From Octopus sinensis (taxonomy: Eukaryota): a stretch of 64,000 nt of DNA. Position numbers and translations under genes: made by a program. The DNA lies in contig NC_043020.1 of assembly GCF_006345805.1 (NCBI RefSeq), positions 6,014,001 through 6,078,000 on the forward strand, given 5' to 3'. Of the stretch, positions 51,944 to 64,000 are shown piece by piece. Below the pieces are notes generated by a model. The model saw nothing but the letters and a program-made list of their open reading frames with translations, searched no databases and was not told the origin of the DNA. Position 1 is the stretch's first letter; every line of letters begins with the position of its first letter.

Positions 51944-52186
51944 TTTTATTTTTAGTATCCTTTTACTTGTTTCGTCATTTGACCGTGGCCATGCTGGAGC
52001 ACTTTAGTCGAACAAATCATTCCAAGACTTAATCTTGTAAGCCTAGTACTTTATTCTATCAGTCTCTTTTGCCGAATTGCTAAGTTACGGGAACGTAAAC
52101 ACACCAGCATCAGCTGTCAAGTGTGGTGGTGGTGGTGGGGGGGAACAAACACAGACACACAAATATATACATAAATACATACATGC

Positions 52187-52231
<45 letters not shown>

Positions 52232-53292
52232 GATGGGCTTCTTTCAGTTTCCATCTAGCAACTCCACTCACAAATCTTTTGTCGACCTGAGGGTATAGTA
52301 GAAGACACTCGCCTAAGGTGTCACGCAGTGGGACTGAACCGAGAAAGCAAGCTTCTTACGACACAGCCACGTCTGCGCCACACGTATATGTGTGAGTGTG
52401 TGTGTGTGTGTGTGTGTATGTGTGTGTGAGTATGTGTGTGTGTATTATTTCTAACAACCACAGCAACACTAGTAACAATACTAATTCCATGACAACTAAT
52501 AACTACCACCGCCACCACCACAACTATAAAATGAACACCATCATTTCCGCCACCAATTACATTGCAGCCACCACCACCACCACCACCACCAATACAGCCA
52601 CCACCACCACCACCAATACAACCACCACCATCGCCACCCTGTCTTGCATCACTGCACACCCTCCACTTGACCGTATCCAACATGCTTATCTCTGACAACA
52701 CTGTCACCCTCTCCACCACAAACATCTACTCCGCCATCACCATCACTATTAACACAGCCATCTCCACCATCATCACCATCACCATCAACACAACCGACCC
52801 CCACCATCATCGCCATCGCCACTTACACAAACAGCACCACCTCCAACACCACCGTCATCGCCATAAGCACAAGATGATCCACCCTCTCCCCATATCCCTC
52901 CACCAACACCACAAACAACTGGAGAACCGACATCAACGACAACAACAATTACAATTACAACCTCCATCATTTCTCTCAATATTTTATTAAAACTATCTTC
53001 AACCCCGCCTCTACCGCCGCCATGACCCTCATAGAGCTATGATCAAAATTTGTCCCTACTACGACTACCCCGTCTCCTCCACCCCTGTTTTTTTTTTTTC
53101 TGTTCAACATTATCCAATATAGGTGCAGGAGTGGCTGTGTGGTAAGTAGCTTGCTAACCAACCACATGGTTCCGGGTTCAGTCCCACTGCGTGGCATCTT
53201 GGGCAAGTGTCTTCTACTATAACCTCAGGCCGACCAAAGCCTTGTCAGTGGATTTGGTAGACGGAAACTGAAAGAAGCCTGTCGTATATATG

Positions 53293-53331
<39 letters not shown>

Positions 53332-53536
53332 TTGTGTGTTTGTTCCCCTAGCATTGCTTGTCAACCGATGCTGGTGTGTTTACATCCCCGTTACTTAGCG
53401 GTTCGGCAAAAGAGACCGCTAGAATTAAGTACTGGGCTTACAAAGAATAAGTCCCGGGGTCGATTTGCTTGACTAAAGGCGGTGCTCCAGCGTGGCCGCA
53501 GTCAAAATGACTGAAACAAGTAAAAGAGAAAAAAGA

Positions 53537-54056
53537 GTACTTGGACAATATAATCCAATATGTACTTTTATTATCGCAAGCAGCACACCTACCATCACCG
53601 CCACCACCCCATCCTGTTGCACAGCTACCGCCGTCGCTACGAGAACCATCAACAAGCCAAGAAGAGAACTGGGATCTGCAACGTGGTCGCTCGACCTGCT
53701 AGAAATGACAGCCAAATTTCACTCAAAACACAGCCTACCGTCTTAGCTGTGCAACAGGATGTGGTGGTGGTGGCGGCGACGGTGATTGGTAGATGTGCTG
53801 TTTGCGATAATAAAAGTACACATTGGATAATGTTTGTCCAAGGTACACTATTCCAGAAGAACAGAAACGAAAAAAAAAAACAGACGGTAGGCTCTGTTTC
53901 GAGTGAAATTTGGCTGTCATTTCTAGCAGGTCGAGCGACCACGTTGCAGATCCCAGTTCTCTTCTTGGCTTGTTGACGGTTCTCGTAGCGACGACGGTAG
54001 CTGTGCAACAGGATGGGGTGGCGACGGTGATGGTAGGTGGGCTGTTTGCGATAATA
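53537..54056. repeat. MITE-like A-B-A' element followed by an inverted partial copy B'-A''
   Basis: A 53537-53627, B 53627-53742, A' 53744-53846, B' 53882-53997, A'' 53998-54056. Confidence 0.85.
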
Positions 54057-54059
54057 GGT

Positions 54060-54072
54060 GATGTGGCTGTTG

Positions 54073-54104
<32 letters not shown>

Positions 54105-54570
54105 GTAGATGTTAGTGTGGTGGTATTGATGGCCTTAATGGCTGTACTGTCGTTGTTGTTGTTGATGGCGGTGGTGGTTGTGATGGTGTTGAGGGGATAT
54201 TGGTGATGTTGCTAATGGTGGCAGTGGTGGTGGTGATGGTGGTGGCGGTGATGGTGGTGAGTGAGCGATTGTGGTGGTGGCAGTGGTGGTGGTGATGGTG
54301 GTGGTGATGGTGGTGAGTGAGCGATTGTGGTGGTGGTGGTGGTGGTTGTGGTGGTGGTGGTGGTGGTGAGTGAGCGATTGTGGTGGTGGTGGTGGTGGTT
54401 GTGGTGGCAGTGGTGGTGGTGAGCGAGCGATTGTGGTGATGATGGTGGTGATGTGGTGGTGGGTGGTGATGGTGGTGGTGAGTGAACGATTGTGGTGATG
54501 ATGATGGTGGTGGTGGTGGTGGTGGTGATGGTGGTGGTGGTGGTGATGGTGGTGGTGGTGGTGGTGTTTG
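54060..54570. repeat. (GGT)n tract with ~55-bp higher-order landmarks GAGCGATT / GAACGATT
   Basis: Landmark recurs near 54260, 54316, 54368, 54421 and 54481. Confidence 0.85.
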
Positions 54571-54802
54571 CGTTTGTGCATGTGTTGGCGATCGAGCGAG
54601 CGAGCGACCGAGCCAGCAGCGAACTTTCTTCACAACTAAACGCCAGTCCAGTCGAGTCCAGTCCAGTAAAGTAAACAGCCATCTCTCCATCTCTCTCTCT
54701 CTATCTCTCCTTATTCTCCGGCCCACCACAAACACACATAACTAAAAGAAAGAAAACAAAACAACCCTAACACAACAAAAAAACAACAACCTACCGCTGG
54801 TC

Positions 54803-55030
54803 ATGTTGGATCCTTCATCGGGGACCCAAAGGAACAACAAGCTAGAATGCTTCCTCAAAAGGTCCCTCCCCAGCGAACGTTACGACCGGCTCCGTGCATA
54901 CGAGGCCTGCATCGTTGACAAGACATTCAAGTACATTATCATCGGTGACCAATGCATATATCTGACCGAAAACCCTCCTCGGACACTTCAACCCGTTGTA
55001 TTTTACCAGGAACTTAGGGACGTACAACTG
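54803..55030 (+). CDS. C12orf56: First coding exon of a C12orf56-like uncharacterised protein
   Basis: MLDPSSGTQRNNKLECFLKRSLPSERYDRLRAYEACIVDKTFKYIIIGDQCIYLTENPPRTLQPVVFYQELRDVQL|gtaagg. Resembles the remembered human C12orf56 N-terminus (RNSRLDVFLRR...YDAVRAYEPCIV...LTENPP). Phase-0 donor at 55031; I did not find exon 2 in the window. Confidence 0.75.
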
Positions 55031-55595
55031 GTAAGGTCTTAAAAACTAAAAAAAACTTCAACGAAGCCTTTAGGGGCCGAATTTGGAAACCCTTCATACG
55101 CTTATTTTCCACAGTTTGTCTCGCTTTTTTTTCCCCTGTCGTTTTGTCATTTCGTTTATTTTTCATTATTTGAAGTTTTCTTCCAGTTTCATATTTTTGT
55201 TTTTGCTCTGATATTTCGTTGTTTTTCCTTGCTGTTTTTTTCTTCTATTCCCCCCCCCCCGCTCATTCACCACCACTATCACCACCATCACCACCAGCAC
55301 ATCGTGTTACTGTTATTCCTTCGTTCTCCTTTCCCTTCTCCTTCTTTCTTTCTTTCATTCACTCTTCTTTTACTTCTTCTTCTTCTTCTCTTCCTCTTCG
55401 TATCTATTTATCGATTTACCGTTGTCCTGTTGTGTGTGTACGTGTTTACTTACCTAAAGAACTTGGTTTCGTTTCCATGCATTTATCTCTCTCCCCACCA
55501 CTCTCACCGTATTATCTATTTATCTCCTCCTCTCTCCGTGTATCTATTTATTTATCTCTCTTTTCCCCTCTCTCCGTGTATCTATTATCTCTCTG

Positions 55596-55930
<335 letters not shown>

Positions 55931-56014
55931 TCTCTCTGTCTCTATTCGTCTCTTTGTAACACATTGTCTAACGGTAGAAAATTGCTAACTATGCATTTAG
56001 TGTGAATGGGTATA

Positions 56015-56127
<113 letters not shown>

Positions 56128-56589
56128 TGTGTGTTTGTGTATGTATGTACGTATGTATGTATGCATGTATGTATGTATGTATGTATGTATGTAACTGAAT
56201 AGGTACACGTGTATGTGTGTGCCTGCGAATACATATATATACTTACACTCACTCACACTTACACACACATGCAACCACACACTCACACACGTATACGTTA
56301 ATACATTTAATACATATATATACATTCATTTGTCAAATCCATCTGTCCTTATGCATACATATACATATGTGTGTGCGCTTATATTTATGTGTGTATGTGT
56401 GTGTTATGTGTTTGTATTTATATCTGTATATGTGGTAAGAAGCTTGCTTCCCAACCACATGGCTTCAGGTTCAGTCCCACTGCGTGGCACCTTGGGCAAG
56501 TGTCTTCTACTATAGCCTCGGGCCGACCAATGCCTTGTGAGTGGATTTGGTAGATGGAAACTGAAAGAAGCCCGTCGTATATATGTATA

Positions 56590-57410
56590 TGTCATCATCA
56601 TCATCATCATCATCATCATCGTTTAACGTCCGCTTTCCATGCTAGCTTGGGTTGGACGATTTTGACTGAGGGCTGGCGAACCAGAAGGCTGCACCAAGCT
56701 CCAATCTTGATCTGGCAGAGCTTCTACAGCTGGATGCCCTTCCTAATGCCAACCACTCCGAGAGTGTAGTGGGTGCTTTTTACGTGCCACCGGCACGGGG
56801 CCAGTCAGGCGGTACTGGCAACGACCTCGCTCGATTCTTTTTACACATGCCACCGGCACAGGTGCCAGTGAAGCGACGTTGGTAACGATCACGCTCGAAT
56901 GGTGCCCTTTTACGTGCCCCCGGCACGGAAGCCAGTTGGCTGTTCTGGCAACGATCACGCTCGGATGATGCTCTTGGCACTCTACTAGCACGGGCACAAG
57001 TGCCAGTAAGGCGACGCTGGTAACGATCACACTCGAATGGCGCCCTTTTATGTGCCACTGGCACGGAAGCCAGTTAGCCGCTCTGTCAAACGATCACACT
57101 CGTATGGTGCTCTTTGCACCCCGCTAGCACGGATGCCAGTCATCGAATTTGATTATGATTTTGATTTCACTTGCCTCAACAGGTCTTCGCAAGAAGAGTT
57201 TAGTGACCAAAGAAGGAAATGGTACGCATAAGCGGGCTGGTTACGCTCCTGGCATAGGCCACAGGTTATGGTCTCATTTGGCTTGTCGGGTTTTCTCAAG
57301 CACAGCATATTTCCAAAAGTCTCGGTCGCTAGTCATTTCCTTGGTGAGGCCTAATGTTCGAAGGTCGTGCTTCACCACTTCACCCCAGGTCTTCCTCTTC
57401 CACGGAAGAC
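56590..57410 (-). mobile_element. RTE LINE 3' end with a long modular 3' UTR and (GAT)n tail
   Basis: RKTWGEVVKHDLRTLGLTKEMTSDRDFWKYAVLEKTRQAK*, followed by ~63-71 bp modules and the common GTTGGCRTTAGGAAGGGCATCCAGC tail. Confidence 0.75.
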
Positions 57411-57510
57411 CTGGGATGAAGTGGTGATATATATACATATATGGGTTGGACGATTCTGACTGAGGGCTGGCGAACCAGATGGCTGCACCAGGCACCAATC
57501 TTGATCTGGC

Positions 57511-58334
57511 AGAGTTTGCTTTGAGCACATCCTTAATTGTGGTAAACACTTTCCACCCTGCCCTTTTTCTCCTCAAGGTTTCAGCATCCGTGTCTCAGCA
57601 CATATTCCCTGTGTACTCCAAATAGACATACTCCTTTACCTCGTCAATTTCATTACCTCCCACTTCTATTAGGCCTTGTGCTACGTTTTTCAGGTGGAGG
57701 CGCGTGGCTTAGTGGTTAGGGAGTCAGCTCCATGATCGTAAGATTGTGGTTTCGATTCCTGGATCGAGTGACGCGTTGTGTTGTTGAGCAAAACACTTCA
57801 TTTCACGTTGCTCCAGTCCACTCGGTTGGCAAAAATGAGTAACGCTGTGATGGACTGGTGTCCCGTCCAGCTGGGGAACACATACGCTATAGAAACGGGG
57901 AAACCGGACCCATGAGCCTGGCTAGGCTTGAAAAGGACGACAAGAAGCTACGTTTTCAGATTTCATGTATTTTGCTTTCGTGTGGGTCATTTTAAGGCTT
58001 ACAGTTCAGCTATGGGCGTCCGGCTCTGTCAGCATGGTCTGCAGCTGATCTGCGATTTTAGCAACGAGTACAATGTCATCTACAAACTGAAAGCCTGTTA
58101 GTAGCTCACCATTGCTCTTCACATCACCCATCCGCTCAATGTCACTGCTGGTCATGCAATAAAGAGGTTTAGAGAGATGGTATCTCCTTGTTCAACACCC
58201 TTTTCAGTTGGAACTCTTACAGGTGGTGATAACAGAGCTATATCAGTGGTGCATCCAGCGTTCACATCCCTGAGTGGTTTAGGATATTGAGCCTCAACTC
58301 CTTGCATTTTCAGATATTTTAACACTGTATTCAT
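57511..58334 (-). mobile_element. RTE reverse-transcriptase core fragment (pseudogenised), split by a SINE
   Basis: KGVEQGDTISLNLF ... FVDDIVL ... EVKEYVYL ... RAGWKVF, with frameshifts and stops. Confidence 0.8.
57694..57946 (+). mobile_element. tRNA-derived SINE (family C head, CORE-like body, V-like tail) with target-site duplication
   Basis: A/B boxes (TGGCTTAGTGG, GGTTTCGATTCC); TSD GCTACGTTTT(T)CAG at 57680-57693 and 57947-57959. Confidence 0.8.
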
Positions 58335-58754
58335 CTTTTCTACTCTAGGTACAAGGCCCGGAATTTTTGGGGGAGAGGGCCAGTCGATTAGATCGACCGC
58401 AGTATGGAACTGGTACTTAATTTATCGACCCCGAATGGATGAAAGGCAAAGTCGACCTCAGCGGAATTTGAACTCAGAACGTAAAGACAGACGAAATATC
58501 ACTAAGCATTTGGACCAGGGTGCTAACGTTTCTGCCAGCTCGCCACACTTGATCTATCAGAGTTTCTACAGCTGGATGCCCTTCCTAACGCCAACCACTC
58601 CGAGAGTGCTTTTTACGTGCCACCGGCACGGGGCTAGTCAGGCGGTACTGGCAATGACCTCGCTCGAATCTTTTTACACATGCCACCGGCACAGGTGCCA
58701 GTAAAGCGACGTTGGTAACGATCACGCTCGAATGATGCCCTTTTACGTGCCACT

Positions 58755-59000
58755 TTGATCGCGGTTTCGATTCCCAGACAGGGCGTTGTGTGTGTTTATT
58801 GAGCGAAAACACCTAAAAGCTCCACGAGGCTCCGGTGGTGGTGACCTTGTTGTACTCTTTCGGCACAACTTTCTCTCACTATCGCTTCCTGTTTCTTGAG
58901 TAACGCTGAGATGGACTGGCGTCCCATCCAGCTGCGGGGAACACATACACCACAAAAACCAGGAAACCGGGCCCATGAGCCTGGCTAGGCTTGAAAAGGG
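58755..59000 (+). mobile_element. Family C SINE (5' truncated), body 2 plus V-like tail
   Basis: Body as in 7186-7490; tail GATGGACTGGCGTCCCATCCAGC...GGCTTGAAAAGG as in 57694-57946. Confidence 0.7.
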
Positions 59001-59927
59001 TGACGTTTATCATTTTATATATACACACACACATATATATACACATATACATATATATGTGTGTAGGAAACTAGTTTGTTAGATAATCTCTGTTCGAGAT
59101 AGAAGCAGTATACAAACCAAGAAGTATTGCTTCTGACCACCCTAAAACACGACAATACTGCCGTTTAACCCCAGGAAGACATCTCCCACGGCTGGTTTAT
59201 TCAGTACCCTTCCCGCACTCAATATCTATTGTAAGCGAGAGATAACTCTTGCCACCCTGGCTTCAAGACCACCAGACCACATGATTTTCATCTTGTTGCC
59301 CAGCGTGGCAGCAGATTACCTTGATTGCAATATATAGAAAATACAGGTTCATACAATCACTGATTTTGTAACTAGGAACCTAATCCGTTAGAAAATCTTT
59401 GTCGGAGACAGAAACAGTATACGAACCAAAAATCAATGCTTATGGCCACTTTAATGTGGCCGTCCCCTAAGAGACGACGATACTGCCATTTAACCCCAGG
59501 AAGACATCCCAAAGGCAAAGGACGATGCAGCTTGACACCAACGATGTCACAACACATTTCTGCTGATGAATGGATGTGAAATAAAGTATCTTGCCTAAAA
59601 ATACAACACATAGCTCCGTCTGGGAATTGAATTCACAACCTCACAGTTCTGAGCCCGACACTCTAACCACTGAGCCATGTGCTTTCACACACACACACAC
59701 ACACACACATATTAAAAATGGCCCTTACCCAATTTCATAAAGCTGGTTTCTCAGGTTTTGAAGCATATACATTATCACCCCTGGATGGGATGCCAGTCCA
59801 TTACAGACAAGCTCCTTTTTGCCTACTGAGTGGTCTGGAGCAAAATTAAATGAAATACTTGCTTAAGAAGACAATGCAACGTTCGGACGCAGGATTTGCA
59901 ACCACAACCTTGCAATCATGACTTATT

Positions 59928-61040
59928 TCTTTATTGCCCACAAGGGGCTAAACATAGAGGGGACAAACAAGGACAGACAAAGGGATCAAGTCGATTACAG
60001 CCCCCCCCACCCATTGAGTAACTGGTACTTAATTTATCGACCCCGAAAGGATGAAAGGCAAAGTCGACCTCGGCGGAATTTGAACTCAGAACGTAAGGAA
60101 GAATGAAATACCTATTTCTAAACTACCCACAACGGGCTAAACACAGAAGGGACAAACGGATTAAGTCGATTATATTAAACACAGTGCGTAACTGGTACTT
60201 ATTTAATCGACCCCGGAAGGATGAAAGGCAAAGTCGACCTCGACGGAATTTGAACTCAGAACGTAGCAGCAGACGAAATACCTATTTCTTTACTACCCAC
60301 AACGGGCTAAACACAGAAGGGACAAACGGATTAAGTCGATTATATCAAACACAGTGCGTAACTAGTACTTATTTAATCGACCCCGAAAGGATAAAAGGCA
60401 AAGTCAACCTCGGCGGAATTTGAACTCAGAACGTAGTGGCAGACGAAATACCTATTTCTTTATTACCCACAACGGGCTAAACACAGAAGGGACAAACGGA
60501 TTAAGTCGATTATATCAACCCCAGTGCGTAACTGGTACTTATTTAATCGACCCCGAAAGGATGAAAGGCAAAGTTAACCTCGGCGGAATTTGAACTCAGA
60601 ACGTAAGGAAGAATGAAATACCTATTTCTTTACTACCCACAAGGAGCTAAACATAAAGGGGACAAACAAGGACAGACAAAGGGATTAAGTCGATTACATC
60701 GGTCCCAGTGCGTAACTGGTACTTATTTAATCGACCCTGAAAGGGTGAAAGGCAAAGTCGACCTCGGCGGAATTTGAACTCAGAACGTAGTAGCAGATGA
60801 AATACCTATTTCTTTACAACCCACAAGGGGCTAAACACAGAGGGGACAAACAAGGACAGACATAGGTATTAAGTCGATTATATCGACCCCAGTGCGTAAC
60901 TGGTACTTATTTAATCGACCCTGAAAGGATGAAAAGCAAAGTCGACCACGACGGAATTTGAACTCAGAACATAGTGGAAGACAAAATACCGCTAAGCATT
61001 TCGCCCGGCGTGCTAACGATACTGCCAGCTCACCGCCTTG
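59928..61040 (-). repeat. Head-to-tail family B SINE array, six units of 170-190 bp
   Basis: Repeated AAATACCTATTTCT junctions; three internal 170-bp units share a deletion in the tail. Confidence 0.85.
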
Positions 61041-61577
61041 CAATCATGACAGCAACACTCTAACCATTAAGCAACGTACCTCCACAATACATTATATATA
61101 ATAATGGTGATAAATAAAGATCAATACTTTAATGCTCTTTGATCTCATATCTTCTGGATCAGAAATATCTGCAAATGACACCGCCGAACGGGAGAGAATA
61201 GAATGTAGTCATTAACCTAGAATAAAGGACATTAAGAAAATCTGGAATGCTGGGTATGTAGGAGATAATCATGTATCCACCCCTTACACACCTTTTAATC
61301 TCAAGGCAGATAAACTAATAAACTTCAGGTCAATCAGGTCATTTTCTTTTCTTATCATCGCACTTCCAGACCCGAGCAGAAGGAGTGAGACGATTATATG
61401 ACAACAGGCACACATACATAAACACACACACACACACACATGTTTGTGTGTGCCTATATGTGTGTGTAAATATATATATACATACATACAACATATCAAA
61501 TAAAATACACAACCAAAAGAGCTACTAATGGTGTCATGTTATTATGATACTTGAACAGGCTTATCTATAAAATATGC

Positions 61578-61668
<91 letters not shown>

Positions 61669-62632
61669 TTATATGTATGTATGTATGTATGTATACACAC
61701 ACACACATCGTTAAATATATCGAAAATGATATCAAGGGAGAGCACTCTTCTTTAAACCCTTATTGAGAAAACCAAGCACATTACAATTTGAAAATTTTAT
61801 TTAAAAATTTGTTGAGGGAGATCTTCTACAGCTAGGAACCCTTCCCATTGTCATCCCGCACCAGTTTCCATGCAAGATAATATTTTCCCATAGCCAGGCA
61901 GGATTTCTTGACCAATGGAAACAAATGACACTGTTTGTGTGACAATGGTTGCACATTTACAATTATTCTTTCTCTTTTACTCTTTTACTTGTTTCAGTCA
62001 TTTGACTGTGGCCATGCTGGAGCACCGCCTTTAGTCGAGAAATCGACCCCGGGACTTATTCTTTGTAAGCCCAGTACTTATTCTATCAGTCTCTTTTGCC
62101 GAACCGCTAAGTGTATATATATTTATGGGTTTCCCCTCAGTCTTCCTCACAAGCCTTTGGTCAAGCCCAGGATTATTGCAGAAAGCACTTGGCCATGGTG
62201 CCATGCTGTGGGACTGAACCCAAAACCCTACGGTTCGGAAGGAAGCTTTTTAACCGCAGAGCTATTCCTGCAATGAGCCAATATATCATCGTCATCATCA
62301 TCATCTTCATCATAATCATTCAACGTCTGTTGTCCATGCTGGCATGGGTCGGACGGTTTGACTATGTGTGTGTGTGTGTGCGTGTGTGTGTGTGTGTGTG
62401 TGCATGCGTGCGTGCGTGTGTGGATGTGTATAGGATGTTGAGTAAGGGAGATAGATTGATAAATTCACACACCCACACACACATATACACACACCTACAC
62501 GCACGCACACATACACAAATACACACACCTACACGCACACATACAACTACACGCACCCACATACCTACATGCACACACACACACACACACATATACTCAA
62601 ACACACACTCATTCACACGCCTACACACAGAG

Positions 62633-62667
<35 letters not shown>

Positions 62668-63221
62668 TGCAAATGAAGGGAGGTTAGTAGTACGGATCTG
62701 CTTTTGCTTCCATTTCTTGTCCGTGCAAACTTTATACATATGTATTGTGCGTATACATGTGTGTATACATGTGTGTATGCATGTGTGCATGTATGTATGT
62801 ATGTGAGGTGTAGTGTGTGTGTGTGGGAGAGATAGCATATATTTATGCAGATGTGTGTGTGTGTGTGTATGCATGTACAACCCCCTCCTCCACCTCCACG
62901 TTTCCACACATCCACAGATGTAATTCTAAACATTTCAACACTTTATCTTACTTATTTATCTTTCTGCCTGTCTGTCTGCTTCCTGTCTCTGCTTCTCTCT
63001 GTCCCTTCTCTCTCTCTCTCTCTCTCCTTCTCTTTCTTGCTCTACACCTGTCTATCTTTCACTTTGTCACTCCTTTATTTTTGTCTACCACCACCACACT
63101 CCAACCTCTTCCCCCTGATTATTTCTATCTACACCCCTTCCCCACTACCACAGTCTACATGTATATATGTATGTATGTATGTATGTACACATATATATGT
63201 ATATCTGTATGTATGAGTGTT

Positions 63222-63256
<35 letters not shown>

Positions 63257-63429
63257 GTCATTATTCAGTATATTGCAAGATTTCTTGCCAACTGAGAAAG
63301 AACCGGTTTCTAACCTAGATCCAAGGCTCCTTCATTGGAATTTCAACATCAACAAGGTGTTTTTGTATGTAAGTATGTATGTATGTACACATGCACCTTC
63401 ATTTTGGGATCACCACTACTTTATTATCT

Positions 63430-63661
63430 CCCCTTCTCCCTAGCTCTCTTGTGTGACCCTTCTGTCTGGCATTCGCCATGATAGATCGCTAGCCACTACA
63501 CATTCTTTATTTTCTCTCCTTGTTTCTTTCTGTGCTCCTTTCTGTGGAAGAGCATAGGCTCAAAACGTAAAAGACTTTTTCAATTCCCGAGTGTTATACT
63601 AATACATCTGTTTGTTTTGTACACCACCTGTCTTCGTCTTTGTTTTTTTGTGAATTCCTCC

Positions 63662-63665
<4 letters not shown>
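63430..63665 (+). mobile_element. Penelope-like terminal-repeat fragment with a hammerhead-like motif (copy 2)
   Basis: CTTT-CTGTGGA-A-GAGC atag GCTC-AAAA-CGTA-AAAG; same family as 47925-48075. Confidence 0.5.
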
Positions 63666-63726
<61 letters not shown>

Positions 63727-63920
63727 TCAAAACAGTTTGATTCAAATTCTATGGTACTCTTGAGTTTCAAGCATGATGCTAGTCTTCAGCCATTTTGAAT
63801 TTGAATGACAGAAGTTGATTGTTATGTCCGTAAGGTGGGCTGCGATTGGCCGAGGAAGGTCAAGTGGTGTAACTCCCAAGGAATTTGTTGAATGCCCTTC
63901 TTCCGTTTGTCCACTCAGTC

Positions 63921-63955
<35 letters not shown>

Positions 63956-64000
63956 TGCAGGAGTGACTGTGTGGTAAGTAGCTTGCTTACCAACCACATG

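Noticed and set aside
54112-54735. Minus-strand ORFs suggesting a divergent gene next to the C12orf56-like exon
   Set aside because: Beyond a few dozen codons they are (CCA)n translation, and no matching exons were found.
59090-59510. Diverged ~110-bp direct repeat considered as C12orf56-like exon 2
   Set aside because: Translations do not resemble the expected continuation and splice signals are poor.

Overview
Repeat-dense eukaryotic genomic DNA with the repeat and microsatellite profile of an octopus (cephalopod) genome; the taxon is inferred, not shown. Two host genes are recoverable by hand and point away from each other. (1) A mu-class glutathione S-transferase lies on the minus strand: four GT-AG coding exons of 42, 76, 65 and 82 bp at 19215-19256, 3266-3341, 2931-2995 and 1000-1081, with a TATA box and Inr upstream; the gene runs off the left edge. 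(2) The first coding exon of a C12orf56-like gene lies on the plus strand at 54803-55030. Neither gene appears as a proper ORF in the supplied track, which is almost entirely microsatellite and repeat noise. The remainder is tRNA-derived SINEs (some in head-to-tail arrays), 5'-truncated LINE ends (RTE, Tx1/L1-like, CR1, R4/Dong-like), Penelope-like terminal repeats carrying a type I hammerhead ribozyme motif and two non-canonical variants, MITEs and fold-back elements, a Helitron-like element, and a ~13 kb triple tandem duplication (24808-37890). Family assignments are from remembered consensus motifs and were not checked against any database. Repeat boundaries are approximate unless stated otherwise.
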